Position numbers and translations under genes: made by a program. DNA of 64,000 nt, from assembly GCA_963777505.1 (NCBI GenBank), contig CAVZQN010000008.1:384001-448000 (forward strand). Direction: 5' to 3'. The stretch is from an uncultured bacterium. GTDB taxonomy: Bacteria; Acidobacteriota; HRBIN11; JAKEFK01. Shown here one piece after another: positions 28,858-41,052 of this stretch; the stretch's first letter is position 1; each line of letters begins with the position of its first letter. The notes beneath the pieces are model-generated. The model made no database searches. It saw only the letters and a list, made by a program, of their open reading frames with translations, and had not been told where the DNA came from.

Positions 28858-30486
28858 TTACTGTTTCCTAAGGGTTAATGGTTCTGGCGGCGGAATTTCA
28901 TCCATTTTGAAAATCACCAGACTTGTTAAGAACTCTGAAAGATCTTTCTGTGACTGTATGGAGAGAGCAATAAAAGCCGCTCGCGAAGAAGCTCCTTCAC
29001 CACCATGTTCCAGAATGGCTTCGGTGATGGTTGTTGCGCGGCCATCATGCATGTACGGTGCAGTTGATCCAACACCCCACAAATTTTCCGTCATGAAAGT
29101 TCCAGCACCTGTTCCTGCTTCATCGATACCTTCAGCCAAACCACTTCCCATATTGTGACGTTTCAAATCGCCGAACAATTCGACAATTCCCTTAGCACCA
29201 TCTTTACGAAGAGAGCCAAGGCGATACACAATGTTTCCTCCACCATCCCGAATGATGTTATCAGGTTGATCTTCGGTTAAATTGAATGTAACCGGAAAGA
29301 GTGGATCAACACCACGCGAAACAGGATCTTGCCCTGCCGGAAATGGATTGTCCCTGTAGTTCGCATTTTGGCTCGGTTCGCTGAAAACAGGATTATCAAT
29401 TCTTAGAATCGGCACGTGACACGTTGCGCATCCAACTTGCGCAAATTTTACAGCACCTCGAACAATCGACTGTACTTGCTCTGAAGGCAGTGGATCAATC
29501 AACCCCAAAGCAGCCAGTTCAATACTTGATGTAGGCCGTGGTTGCGCGGCAAGATACACCGCCATAGCGGTTTGATCTCCGATCGTCATTTCATCAGCAA
29601 CACCATCGCCATCCCCATCTACACCATCACCCACAATTTCCACAGGCTGCATACCAAGCTCATTGTGAGACGCATCACGGTTGAACTCGCGAAGAGTTGT
29701 GAAATTGCCTTTCCATTGGTACGGCCGGACAATCAAGTCCGCCGATACACCGGATACGTTGGAAGTATTGAAGGTAACAACACAAGGATTGGTTCGAGTT
29801 CGAGTCGCTTTAATTGAACCAAATGAGATTCCTTTTGCTGATAGAATTTTTGTAGCCGATCCTTGGCTGCATGCCTGAGTCTTCGCCTGTTCTCTGAGTA
29901 CAAACAAACGTTCCGTCATCTCTTCCGCAAGTCTTTGAAGTGCTCCCGGTGCGAACAAGTGAGGAGTGTTTCGCTGAATAAACTTTGAGAGTACTCCGCT
30001 ATGCAATGGATCACGATGAACATTCGATGCTGTCGTTCCGCTGCCATCATCAAATAGTTGGCTGTGACATTGATTACATGCCGTACCGTTCGGTCCCGTA
30101 GAGCGCGGAGGGACGTGAGTTGCCCATTGGCCAGGTCCATTCAAATCAGCTCTGGGAACGCGTGTGAAACGCTGACCTTGTCCAACATTCGCGCCTCCAC
30201 CATCTAATGCATTGAAGTCGGTTTCAAACAATTCATCCCCATGTTCAAAAGCTTCAGCAAAGGCTTCATCAAGTTGCCCTTGTTCCACTAACTCCTTCAA
30301 CTCTTCTTGATCTACATGCTCAGCCACGGGGAGATGGACCCTCGATACAAGTGTGAGATCAGTAATGATTGCCCACACACTGAGGGTGACGCCAAATAGA
30401 CAAGTGAAAAACACCAGGACTCTGAATCCGATTGGAAGAGTATTCCAAACGGAGAATACTTGTAGAATCCTTTTCTTAAAAGACAT
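28858..30486 (-). CDS. Di-heme oxidoreductase family (DUF1111; bCcP/MauG superfamily) exported c-type cytochrome
   Basis: Two CXXCH motifs (CNQCH, CATCH), RNTPHLF, LWGVGSTAPYMHDGRA.TI.EAI..HGGE, acidic DGDGDG loop; GGAGG RBS. Confidence 0.85.
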   Translation of the reverse strand: MSFKKRILQVFSVWNTLPIGFRVLVFFTCLFGVTLSVWAIITDLTLVSRVHLPVAEHVDQEELKELVEQGQLDEAFAEAFEHGDELFETDFNALDGGGANVGQGQRFTRVPRADLNGPGQWATHVPPRSTGPNGTACNQCHSQLFDDGSGTTASNVHRDPLHSGVLSKFIQRNTPHLFAPGALQRLAEEMTERLFVLREQAKTQACSQGSATKILSAKGISFGSIKATRTRTNPCVVTFNTSNVSGVSADLIVRPYQWKGNFTTLREFNRDASHNELGMQPVEIVGDGVDGDGDGVADEMTIGDQTAMAVYLAAQPRPTSSIELAALGLIDPLPSEQVQSIVRGAVKFAQVGCATCHVPILRIDNPVFSEPSQNANYRDNPFPAGQDPVSRGVDPLFPVTFNLTEDQPDNIIRDGGGNIVYRLGSLRKDGAKGIVELFGDLKRHNMGSGLAEGIDEAGTGAGTFMTENLWGVGSTAPYMHDGRATTITEAILEHGGEGASSRAAFIALSIQSQKDLSEFLTSLVIFKMDEIPPPEPLTLRKQ

Positions 30487-30984
30487 AGCACCTCCATACA
30501 ATTAATGTTGAGGCAGGCAGGAAAATGGGCAGAAATCAGTTCTCTGTGTCAGACACGGAAAGCAGACCTTCGGCGGAGTGGGCGGAAATTACCGTCGAAG
30601 ATACTTAGAGCCTTTGAATTGCTCTCAGCCCAAATCCAAAAAGAACCTGCCGATTTTGCCTAATCTGAATTGTCTTCGGAGGAGTGTGGCTAGTTTAAGT
30701 TCGCTTGAACCTGGGATTATATGGCCGGCAAATCAATCGTTTAGCAGGCTGCAAATATTGGAGCAGAAAGTCTTTGTGATGTACGTATATTCTATGTTAC
30801 TGAGTCTTCTGTGCGTTCCATTATGAGCGACATGCACTTATTGAGTCCTTTGTTTGCCTGACGCTTCTTCAAGCCGCACTTACCTGGGACATAAAAAGTA
30901 TACCGCGAAAATCACACATTGCTACAAAAACTAATGATCCTTGTTAAACATAAATTCCGCATGACTAAGTGTGGAAGATAAACT

Positions 30985-31245
30985 ATGACAAAAATCGATG
31001 GTCGCGCAAATTCTCTACCAAACATTTCTTCGGAGCCTTCCGAAGTTTCTTCGGCAAATAATGCGCCGGGTCAAAATCCTCAGATTGAAAACCACGGAAG
31101 CATGGATCAATGGGAAATACCCAGAAGCGTTCATGGATGTCCAGCCTGCCCTCATCCAGCGATTGGCTTGAACACTCCCGAGGCGCCAAAGATGTTAATA
31201 AATTCCCGTCCCGCAGTAACGATGAAGGATCAAGGAGAAAAGTAA
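30985..31245 (+). CDS. Small hypothetical protein (Ser/Asn/Pro-rich, CPAC motif)
   Basis: 86-aa ORF filling the intergenic gap; MTKIDG N-terminus resembles other orphans in the window. Confidence 0.5.
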   Translation: MTKIDGRANSLPNISSEPSEVSSANNAPGQNPQIENHGSMDQWEIPRSVHGCPACPHPAIGLNTPEAPKMLINSRPAVTMKDQGEK

Positions 31246-31251
31246 AGACTC

Positions 31252-31716
31252 TTAATTTGCTGCAACGGCCACGGCTTCAATCTCAATCATGAAGTCTTCG
31301 CGAGCAAGTGCTTGCACTCCAACAAGAGTACTGGCTGGCGGATGTTCACCTGTTATGTACTTACCCCGGATTTCACGAATCGTTGGTATCGCATCCGGAG
31401 TATAGTTCACCACAAACATTGTGATTTTTACCACATTGTTAAAAGTGCAACCTGCTGCGGCTAACGCAGTTTTTAAATTTTCGAAAACCTGTTCGGTCTG
31501 CGCTTTGAGATCTTTCTTTCCAACTACTTCCCCTTTTGCATTGAGTGCAACCTGTCCGGCTATATATATGGTACGTGCTCCGGTAGTTACGACGACATGC
31601 GTGTAGCCAGTTGGCTTGTTAAGTCCATCGGGATTAATAAACTTCGTGGTTTCATCAGCAGAATAACTGATCGATGCCAATAAAATTATGAAAACCATCG
31701 CTACAAAAATTTTCAT
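31252..31716 (-). CDS. RidA/YjgF family protein with a signal peptide
   Basis: GYTHVV, IYIAGQV, AQTEQVFENL, PASTLVGV, MIEIEAVA; Sec-type leader; AAGGAG RBS. Confidence 0.88.
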   Translation of the reverse strand: MKIFVAMVFIILLASISYSADETTKFINPDGLNKPTGYTHVVVTTGARTIYIAGQVALNAKGEVVGKKDLKAQTEQVFENLKTALAAAGCTFNNVVKITMFVVNYTPDAIPTIREIRGKYITGEHPPASTLVGVQALAREDFMIEIEAVAVAAN

Positions 31717-31891
31717 TTTGTTCTCCTTAGTACGCTTTATGTCGCTACGTGGTGCAGCCCCGAATCGGCTTAATAGAAAAAGTCTTCACTAACTTACTTA
31801 AGTTTCTTTACTATACGATCTGTAGCACCCATCTCTCTATAAATGTAATGGGTCACGGATCAAAGACTACGTAGTGATTAACCAGGAACTA

Positions 31892-32674
31892 TTATTTTTC
31901 GGTCGTTTTTGTAATCTTGGTCAGATCGGAAAGAGCTCCCAAAATGATATTTCGTGAAAGGGAGATATTGCTAGGGGTAGATTCATTTCCACCAAACCAT
32001 CGATACATCAATCCTGCCACTGTGGCACCGGCAATCGGTGCAACCCAAAAAAGCCAGAGTTGTTGAAGCGCCCAACCCCCAACAATGATTGCGGGTCCTG
32101 TGCTTCTCGCGGGATTTACCGAAGTATTTGTTACAGGAATACTGATGAGGTGAATTATTGTGAGAGCAAAACCGATTGCGAGTGGAGCAAATCCTGCTGG
32201 AGCTCGTGAATCAGTAGCACCAATGATAATCAACAAGAACATAAAAGTCATTATCATTTCGGTTACAAATCCAGAAGCAAGCGAATAGCCACCTGGTGAA
32301 TGTTCAGCATAACCATTGGAAGCAAGTCCACCACTTAAATCGAAACCGGGTTGTCCACTGGCGATAAAACAAAGAAGCGCTGCAGCAACGATTCCACCCA
32401 GAACCTGAGCAACCACATAGGGAATCAACTCGGAAGATTTAAATCTTCCAGCCGCGACTAATCCAATTGAAACAGCGGGATTCAAATGACATCCTGAAAT
32501 ATGGCCAATCGCAAAAGCCATGGTAAGAACGGTAAGACCAAAAGAGAGTGAAACACCCAGCAATCCGATTCCAACGTCAGGAAATGAGGCTGCCAAAACG
32601 GCACTTCCACAACCTCCCAGAACTAACCAGAACGTACCAAGAAATTCGGCAAAAACACGATTTGTTATCGGCAT
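31892..32674 (-). CDS. aqpZ: Aquaporin Z
   Basis: [35 protein letters not shown]. Confidence 0.93.
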   Translation of the reverse strand: MPITNRVFAEFLGTFWLVLGGCGSAVLAASFPDVGIGLLGVSLSFGLTVLTMAFAIGHISGCHLNPAVSIGLVAAGRFKSSELIPYVVAQVLGGIVAAALLCFIASGQPGFDLSGGLASNGYAEHSPGGYSLASGFVTEMIMTFMFLLIIIGATDSRAPAGFAPLAIGFALTIIHLISIPVTNTSVNPARSTGPAIIVGGWALQQLWLFWVAPIAGATVAGLMYRWFGGNESTPSNISLSRNIILGALSDLTKITKTTEK

Positions 32675-33001
32675 TTTCCCTCCAAGATTTTATTGAAACA
32701 TAGCCTGGAAAAGTAAAATCTAACGAAAGTCTATTTTTCTAAGGAGCGATTGTTATGTATGGATAACTCCATTTTATATTCCTGAACGATCTTTACCAAG
32801 GCGCTTTGCGTGGCTGTCTCATAAATACTGTCCCCGGTAAAATCCGTAGGGATTTTTGCGTCTAGCCTCAGACAAATTTTGCTTGGAAACGTCTGCTCAT
32901 TTTCATTTATCCTTTAAAACAGGCAAGTATGAATTATTTTCATCAAAGTGATGTAGATAATCAATTAGACACATGAATAAATATCGACTATAAAATCGTT
33001 T

Positions 33002-35440
33002 ATGGAACTAAAAGATATTTCAGCAGACTTCCGCTATTCGGTACGAAGCCTTATTAATCGTCCTATGTTTGCGTTTGTCTCAATTTTAACGATTGGTCTG
33101 GGGATGGGCGGTGTTCTATGCATCTACTTTGTATTGAACTCGGTCCTTTTGCGGCGTTTGCCGTTTCCCGCTCCGGAGAAGCTCGTGATGGTCACAAGCA
33201 CCAACCGCGACGCTACGGGCAAGGTTGATGGGTACGGATCCTCTCCGCATGATTTCATGGACTGGCGGCGCTTGAATCGTACGTTTGAGCAGATGTCAGC
33301 ACTCGAAATGGGTGAAGTGGCTATAACCGATGGGCCAGAACCGGTGCAGATTCAAAGTTTGATAACTACAAGCAACCTCTTTTCCCTGCTTAGAGTACGC
33401 CCGCAATTAGGCCGGTACTTTGTCCCTGAAGAAGAAAATTCTAACAGTCGCGTTGTATTTATCAGCGATTCGCTTTGGCGGCGCTTTTACGGCAAACGTC
33501 CTGACATCATTGGAAAAACGATGGCGGTTGATGGCATGCCCTATAGGATCATCGGCGTGGCACCTGTCTCTTTTCGTTTTGCGGCTCCCGCGGATATCTG
33601 GCTTCCAATGAATCTTCAAATCGACCGCTCCGTGAATCCTGTAAATAGCAGAACACTCTTTGTAGTTGGCCGTTTGAAGAGCGAAACAAACCGTGTGGCA
33701 GCCGGAAGCGACCTTAGCCGCATTAGTGAACAGTTGGCAGGAATGTATCCTGCAACGAATCAAGGATGGGGCAACAAAATTGTTAGCGTTGATGACAACA
33801 TTCAGCGTGAGATCCGCGTTCCAGTTTCCGTCTTAGGTGTTGGCGTCATCATACTTTTGTTGATTGCGTGCGTGAATGTATCCGGGCTTATTTTGAACCG
33901 GGCAGTGGAGCGCGAAACGGAAATCGCGATGCGTCTGGCTCTGGGTGCTACGAAGCCACATCTATTCCGCCAGATTGTTTGCGAAAATCTACTGATTACA
34001 TTAGCGGGCACTGTATTGGGTTTTATGCTAGCAGCCGCATCTGTCAAGCCTCTGGCCCTTTATGGTCCAACACTTCCCTTCGGTACGCTCGATGTGGGTC
34101 TGCTGGAAAACCTTCATGTGGATTCTTCCGCAATGCTCATCGGAGCAACTCTTGCTGTTGTCATTGCCATCATTCTCACAGCTTTGACGATTCGGTTATG
34201 GCAAGGAAGGGGGCTCGCGGCTGATCTCTGCGCAACCGCAAGAGGCGCAACTGCTTCTGTTCAACACGGAAAACGCCAGGCCGGACTTCTCATTCTGCAG
34301 CTTACGGCTGCAACGCTGTTGCTTGCGATCACATTCGGCGTCTTAAAAACTTTTTGGAAATTGTCCGAGGTTCAATCCGGCTTTGATGTGACAAATACAA
34401 CAATTCTAAAACTATCGCTTCCGGCTTCCCGCTACGAAACGCATCCCAAGCGCGCGTTATTCATTGAACAATTCTTGCGCGCAATACGCCAACGAACAGA
34501 TGTTGCAAACGTAGCGGTTACCAGCCGGTTACCACTGAATGAATTTAGTTTTACAACACTTTTTGAAATTGAAGGGCGTCCTGCGTTGCCAGCCAATTCT
34601 CCAGTTGCAAACTTCCGGCGGATATCGGATGGTTACTTTCGAACGATTCGAGCAAACATGGTTGATGGAAGAGAATTCGATTCAGGCGACAAATCGGAAA
34701 ATTTACCTGTAGCAATCGTGACGCGAAAACTCGCAAATACTTTTTGGCCCGGTCAGTCCGCGATTGGGAAAAAAATCAAGCGGTTGAGCGGAAAAGATTC
34801 CTGGCGCACGATTGTTGGGGTAGTGGAAGACGTGAGAGAACTATCCTATTCGCAGCCTGTATCGCCAGTGCTATACATTCCGTATGCGCAAGGAAGCTCG
34901 CCGGTCTTATATTGCATGATCCGCTCAACCTTACCGGAGCAAGTGGTTGTCTCGAATATTCGTGCTGAATTGCGCAGGATCGATCCGCTCTTACCGTCAG
35001 GCGAAACACAAACCATGCGACAATGGCAAAGCAAAACACTGTCACGTCCCCGGTTTACTGCTGTTCTGATGATCACATTTTCCGTGGTCGCATTCAGCAT
35101 TTCTCTTGTTGGAGTTTTTGGAAATGTGCGCAGCTGGGTGCTTGCCAGATTCCGTGAGATTGGAATTCGATTGGCATGCGGTGCTACTCACACTTCCATC
35201 ATCCTTCTAATATTGTCGCGCGCCGCGAAAATCGTTTTCTGCGGGATTTTGACCGGTGTACTCTTGACGTTCATTTCGGCAAAAAGCATCACATCGTTCT
35301 TTGATTCAAAATACCTCATCGACTCCGGCGCTGCTTTTTTAGCCGCGGCGGTTATGACTGCGGTTTGCTTTTTGTCGGCATATTTGTCAGCAAGAGCATC
35401 TAGAGAAATCAGTCCATCAATTCTTCTCAACCGCATGTAG
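33002..35440 (+). CDS. ADOP (acidobacterial duplicated orphan permease; MacB/FtsX-like)
   Basis: 812 aa with two MacB-periplasmic + FtsX halves (LLIACVNV..L, EIAMRLALGA; REIGIRLACGA); no ATPase gene adjacent. Confidence 0.88.
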   Translation: MELKDISADFRYSVRSLINRPMFAFVSILTIGLGMGGVLCIYFVLNSVLLRRLPFPAPEKLVMVTSTNRDATGKVDGYGSSPHDFMDWRRLNRTFEQMSALEMGEVAITDGPEPVQIQSLITTSNLFSLLRVRPQLGRYFVPEEENSNSRVVFISDSLWRRFYGKRPDIIGKTMAVDGMPYRIIGVAPVSFRFAAPADIWLPMNLQIDRSVNPVNSRTLFVVGRLKSETNRVAAGSDLSRISEQLAGMYPATNQGWGNKIVSVDDNIQREIRVPVSVLGVGVIILLLIACVNVSGLILNRAVERETEIAMRLALGATKPHLFRQIVCENLLITLAGTVLGFMLAAASVKPLALYGPTLPFGTLDVGLLENLHVDSSAMLIGATLAVVIAIILTALTIRLWQGRGLAADLCATARGATASVQHGKRQAGLLILQLTAATLLLAITFGVLKTFWKLSEVQSGFDVTNTTILKLSLPASRYETHPKRALFIEQFLRAIRQRTDVANVAVTSRLPLNEFSFTTLFEIEGRPALPANSPVANFRRISDGYFRTIRANMVDGREFDSGDKSENLPVAIVTRKLANTFWPGQSAIGKKIKRLSGKDSWRTIVGVVEDVRELSYSQPVSPVLYIPYAQGSSPVLYCMIRSTLPEQVVVSNIRAELRRIDPLLPSGETQTMRQWQSKTLSRPRFTAVLMITFSVVAFSISLVGVFGNVRSWVLARFREIGIRLACGATHTSIILLILSRAAKIVFCGILTGVLLTFISAKSITSFFDSKYLIDSGAAFLAAAVMTAVCFLSAYLSARASREISPSILLNRM

Positions 35441-35453
35441 AATCGAATTGGTT

Positions 35454-36909
35454 TTATTGCGCTGAGATCGCTTGTTTGGCTTTGCTGCGAACGATCGCAT
35501 AATTCAGATTACTTAACCCGTTGAAATCGACAACCTGTTGAAAGGCTTGCTTTGCGTTGGCTTGATCTCCTTTCGCCTGATAAGCCAGAGCTTGCCTGTA
35601 AACATTGTAGGGATCCTGAAGGTTCGACTCTTTTAGTTCTGCAATCGCGCGATCGTATTCTTTCTTTTCTAAAGCGATCATTCCACCAAGCTCATGAGCT
35701 AACCGGATTTGAAATCGGTTTTTTTCCTTTTCTGCCTGTGTCAGCAACAAATTTCGATTTGACTCTGCAGCTGCAAAATCCTTTTCTTTGACGGATGCTC
35801 GTCCTGAAAGCAAAAGATGATTTTGTTGCGCAATTTTCTTAACGTCTTCGGATTGGTTAGAAGTCTTTACAGTCTTTAGAGCATCATCAAATTTAGCTCG
35901 CGCTTCTTTGACTTTGCCAGATTCTAGCAAAATGATTCCTGCTGTATTCCGATCTCCGGCAATCGCTACGGGATCGTTCATTTTTTTCGCGAGTGCAAGT
36001 TGCTTTTCCAATTCAGCTAACGCTTCGTTCGGCTTTCCCTCCGCTACATATGAAGTTGTGATTGCCCTGATGAGCCGTTCTGCGCTCTCCATCATTGCGC
36101 GCCACGGTCAGCAGTTTTTGTAACTCTTTCCTTGCGTTTTCATGCTGCCCTTTGAAATCCAGATTCGTTGCAATTCCCAGATAGGAATTCACAAAATGCG
36201 AATCCAGTGTTAGAGCTTTCTGGTAATTTTGAATTGACTCATCGTATCTGCCGATTCTCATTAATAGTTCTGCGTAGGAATCATAAGGATTCGGATCGTT
36301 TGGAATGAGCTCGATGTACTTACGAAATGCATTTTCAGAACGATCAAACTTTCCTTGAAATCTGTATGCGTATCCAAGAAGATTGTAAGCAGGAGAGAAC
36401 TTCGGATTGATTCCAACAGCACGTTCGTATTCACCAATCGCTTTGTCATACTCTTGCAGACCGAAGTAGTACGTGCCGAGCAGGTTGTGCGCTCGTTCGT
36501 CATCCGGATAAGCCGATGCTAGTTTCTGAAAATATTCACCCTGCTTTGCTGGATAGCCGTTTGCGCCGGCTTGAACCGCAAGGATCCAGAGTTTTTCACC
36601 TTCGGAAGCTTTATTAGAAAGTGATACGGCTTGATTGAGATCCTGGAAAAATGCTGGTGTGCTGGGCTGCGCAAAGGATCTGTTGAGGTAAGCAATAGCA
36701 AAATCAGGATCTGTCTCAATCGCTTTTTTGAAAATGCTGAAGGGAGTCCTGACCACGCAGTTTTTCTGCTAATCCCGGCCCTCCAGAAAATGTTTTCGTG
36801 CCGCTTCCGATTTTGTACTGATTGGAATTTTTTCACTTTCCGCGGCAACATACGTCACCATTACTGCTGATATCAAAAGATAAAAAAGGGAGCGAATTGG
36901 GCTTCTCGT
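35454..36909 (-). pseudogene. Exported TPR protein, broken by ~3 frameshifts, with ACG in place of the start codon
   Basis: GGAGG RBS then ACG-AGA-AGC, a signal peptide and KIPISTKSEAARKHFLEG; continues in ORFs 36013..36756 and 35454..36095. Confidence 0.7.
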
Positions 36910-37216
36910 ACTCGGACCTCCAACTTTCCCTTTTTAAAACAATTGAGTAGGCTTTGAACAATAATTCTGTCACAAGCGGGTATTTTCGAATTTTGAAGAG
37001 CAAGTCCGTCTGTGACAGATTGGGCGTATCTATTTTGCTTACTAATGCAATCATTGGATCGATTTTGGATGCGCGCAGAGCTTCCGTCCGGAAAAGTATT
37101 TCGTGCCGAGAATCATTCAGTTTGTTGTAAGAAGTAGATGGAGCGTTTAAGATAGAACACCATACTGCAATGAGATCGGAATCAAGTCACCGGACGTGTA
37201 CTCGACGGGGTTCATA

Positions 37217-39316
37217 TTGATTGGACGTACCCTTGCGCATTACAAAGTTGTGGCTGCGGTCGGTGCAGGTGGAATGGGCAAGGTTTATCGCGCGACGGAT
37301 ACAAAGCTGAACAGCGATGTGGCATTAAAGGTGCTGCCGGCGGAGATGGCCTCGAGTCCGGAGCGTCTCGATCGTTTTCAAAGAGAAGCGAAGGCGCTCG
37401 CTGCACTCGATCATCCTGGAATTGTCACGTTTACTCCGTAGAAGAAGCCGATGGAACTCACTTCCTCACGATGCAGCTTGTGGAAGGTCAGTCGCTCGAT
37501 CAGATAATTGCCGAAGGAAGGTTTTGCGTTCAGCAATTATTCGAAGTTGCAATACCGTTTGCCGATGCGCTTTCCGCTGCTCATGAAAAGGGAATCATTC
37601 ACCGTGACTTGAAACCGGCCAATATTATGATCAGCGAAAGTGGCCGCGTGAAGGTTCTTGATTTTGGTCTCGCTAAAGTTGCTGACCCCAGTGATGCAGG
37701 CGACAGGAAGCTCGAATCTTCCAACCGAGATGCATACACGCGAAGGAGCCGTTATGGGCACGATGCCATATATGTCTCCTGAACAAATCGAAGGGCATGA
37801 AGCTTGATTCACGAAGCGACATTTTTTCTCTTGGAGTTGTACTTCATGAAATGGCCGCTGGAAAACGTCCGTTTCACGGACCGACTGCTCCGGCATTGAT
37901 TTCTGCGATTCTCCGGGATCCTCCGCCCGAATTATCCAGAATTCGACCTGACTTACCGGAGGGTTTTAATCAATTAGTATCCCGTTGTCTGGAAAAAAAT
38001 TCCAGGCAGCGTATCCAAAGTGCAAAAGAAATTCGAGCAGGAATTAGAAGCATTACGTCGCAAGTTGAACTCAACGGATGCTGTCCAGAGAACTGCTGAT
38101 TCGATTCCCGGGGTTTGGCGGCAGGCCTGCAATTGCGGTTCTACCGTTTGATAATCTTTCGCGCGATCCTGAACAAGAGTATTTTGCCGATGGTCTTGCC
38201 GAAGATTTAATAACGAGACTTTCTCTGTGGCGATCTTTTCCTGTAATCGCACGCAATTCAAGTTTTGTTTACAAAGGAAGAGCTGTGGATGTCAAACAGG
38301 TTGCCTCCGATTTGAAAGTTCGCTACATCGTTGAAGGGAGTGTACGAAAGGCAGGCAACCGCGTGCGGATCACAGCTCAGTTGATCGATGCAACTACTGG
38401 CGAGCATGTTTGGGCAAAGACGTATGATCGTGAGCTGACGGATATTTTTGCTGTTCAGGATGAAATCAGCGAAGCGATTGCAGCATCACTTGCCAGCGAT
38501 CTACAGCGTGCGGAACACTCACGAGCCCAGCGCCGTCCGCCCGAAAATCTGGAAGCCTGGGAATTGTATCAGCGAGCTTTGCCGCTTATTTATCATTTCA
38601 CACGCGCCGATAGCGATCAGGCCCGCGCTTTGCTCGAACGTGCGGTTGCGCTCGATCCGCAGTTCTCTACACCTCTCGCAAGACTTGCAGAGCTTGGTGT
38701 CTGGGAAGTAATCAATACATGGACCGATGATCCTCAGCGAACATTGGAAGTTGCACTCGCGCAGGCGCGGAAAGCTGTCGCGCTCGATCCAAGAGATCCT
38801 GAGGCGCATGCCATGCTTTCTTTTGCGCTGATTACAGCCGGCTATTCTACAGCATCTCTCGAATCGGCTCGCCGTGCTGTAGATTTGAATCCCAGCTTTC
38901 CGCTCGCTTTGACATTTCTTGCATACATGATGCACATGACCGGAAATCCGCCCCAAGAAAGCATTGATCTGGTGAAAAGGGCAATGCGTTTAAGTCCGCA
39001 AGATCCGATCGAATGGCTTTTTTATGACGCGCTCGGCGGCGCCTACTGGAATGCCGGACGCTGCGAAGAAGGACTCGCTGTAAGCAAACGTCTCATTGCT
39101 ATGCTTCCGAATTACTACTTCGGATATATATGGAGTGCTCTAAACCTGGTTGGTTTGGCACGGGTGGATGAAGCCAAAGAAGTAATTCGCATAGCACGTC
39201 AAGTTCAGCCTGCGTTGTCTCTCGCGTTGCTGCGCAGAGGCCTTGGCGCCATGGCGAGTGATGTAGATCGCCGTATGTCTGTTGCTTTGATCCAGGCTGG
39301 CATTCCCGAATCCTGA
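37217..39316 (+). pseudogene. Ser/Thr kinase-TolB-N-TPR gene broken by multiple frameshifts
   Basis: Consecutive fragments [51 protein letters not shown] plus TPRs in different frames. Confidence 0.8.
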
Positions 39317-39322
39317 ACGTAG

Positions 39323-40144
39323 GTGGCTACACAAAATCATACTTATTGCACTATGCGCTACGATCCACCAATGGGGTCTTACGAATTTTTTTTGCGTCGT
39401 TTTGAAGCCGAAAAAGTTCATTGGTGGTTAAAAGGCATTCAAGAAATTTCCGCCAGAATCTTAGATGTACACTGCGGTAACTCAAAGAACCTGAAAATTC
39501 TTGACGCCGGCTGCGGTACGGGAGTTTTTCTTTCATCCCTGCAACGATACACCGTACCCGCAAACGTAATCGGAATCGATCAATCAAAACATGCACTGGA
39601 GTTTAGCCGAACGCGTGGAAATTTTCCTCTTTGCCGATCTTCGGTTATTCAATTGCCCTTTCACGATGGTTATTTTGATTTGGTAATCTGCAATGGCGTT
39701 CTGCAATATTTGACCAAGGACTCGGATAGCGCTGCATTGATAGAATTTTCCAGAGTATTAAAGCCAGGAGGTTCTTTGTTTGTCAGAACTATTTCTAGTC
39801 AGGGATTGGCAAGACATTCAGTATCTGGAGATGGTTTCAGGATGTACAGTGTGAGTGAATTAGGGAACAAAATCCAGAACGCCGGCTTTAATATCCTTAA
39901 ATTGACTTGCGCAAATATTCTCTTATCGATCATACCGACAATCAGCCGTTATTTGAAAACAAGGAAAGATCCGATTTACTCCAGGCCGAATCAGCCCAGG
40001 AAACTTTCAAGATCGCTAAACTGGATCAACAGCTGTTTGTATTGGCTCATGAAAGGCGAAGCCTGGTTTTTATCCAGACCAAATTCAAAGTCATCGTTTG
40101 GAATGACCATCATCTGCGTAGCTCAAAAGATTAGCTCCGCTTAA
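39323..40144 (+). CDS. Class I SAM-dependent methyltransferase
   Basis: E..HWW, LDAGCGTG, LPFHDGYFD, RVLKPGG. Confidence 0.85.
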   Translation: MATQNHTYCTMRYDPPMGSYEFFLRRFEAEKVHWWLKGIQEISARILDVHCGNSKNLKILDAGCGTGVFLSSLQRYTVPANVIGIDQSKHALEFSRTRGNFPLCRSSVIQLPFHDGYFDLVICNGVLQYLTKDSDSAALIEFSRVLKPGGSLFVRTISSQGLARHSVSGDGFRMYSVSELGNKIQNAGFNILKLTCANILLSIIPTISRYLKTRKDPIYSRPNQPRKLSRSLNWINSCLYWLMKGEAWFLSRPNSKSSFGMTIICVAQKISSA

Positions 40145-40252
40145 ATCTTCTTTGCACGAACCGTAGAATTTACATAACGAATTCATCGCAGATGGGCCGT
40201 TGCAATTTTCATTTCGCGGAATGAAAATTGTGAGAAAATGTGAGTTCAAGTT

Positions 40253-41018
40253 ATGAAGCTGAAAGACCGAACCGCAATTATCACTGGCGCGACATCCGGC
40301 ATCGGAGAGGCATCAGCTATACTTTTCGCGCAAGAAGGCGCCAAGGTAACGGTGACCGGTCGCAACGATGAGCGTGGACGAAACGTGGTTGATGCAATTA
40401 CTGCGGCTGGTGGTTCAGCGGTTTTCGTCAGAGCGGACGTCAGGCTTGCCAGCGATTGCGAACGCATTGTGAATGAAACGTTGCGCGCATTCGGCGGCCG
40501 CATCGACATTCTTTTCAATAATGCAGGCGTTTTCTATCCACACAACTCAATCGAATGTACTGAAGAGGAGTGGGATGCGACGGTCGATTCAAGCTTGAAG
40601 GGATCGTGGCTCATGGCAAAGTATTCGTTGCCGATAATGATTGCGCAGCAAAGCGGCGTGATCATCAATCAGGCATCTGGATGGGGTATTCAAGGCGGAG
40701 ATGAAGCAGTCGCTTATTGCGCCGCTAAGGGCGGGCTCGTTGTGATGACGAAAGCGATGGCGATCGATCATGGGAAGCATGGAATTCGCGTGAATTGTCT
40801 CTGCCCTGGCGATGTCGAGACTCCAATGTTGGCTGACCGATGCAAAAGCTCGCCAAATGACTTATGTGGATTATATAAAAGGCGCTGCGAATCGTCCGCT
40901 TGGCCGCGTCGGAACCGCAGCGGAACTTGCGCAAGCAGCTCTCTTTCTCGCATCAGACGATTCTTCGTTTATGACCGGTGCGACATTGGTTGTAGATGGT
41001 GGCGGCATCGCCGATTGA
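40253..41018 (+). CDS. SDR oxidoreductase (one frameshift near 40836)
   Basis: [23 protein letters not shown]; the C-terminus [28 protein letters not shown] is in another frame. Confidence 0.85.
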
Positions 41019-41052
41019 TGATGATCTTCAAACAACTACCACGGAGATTTTG

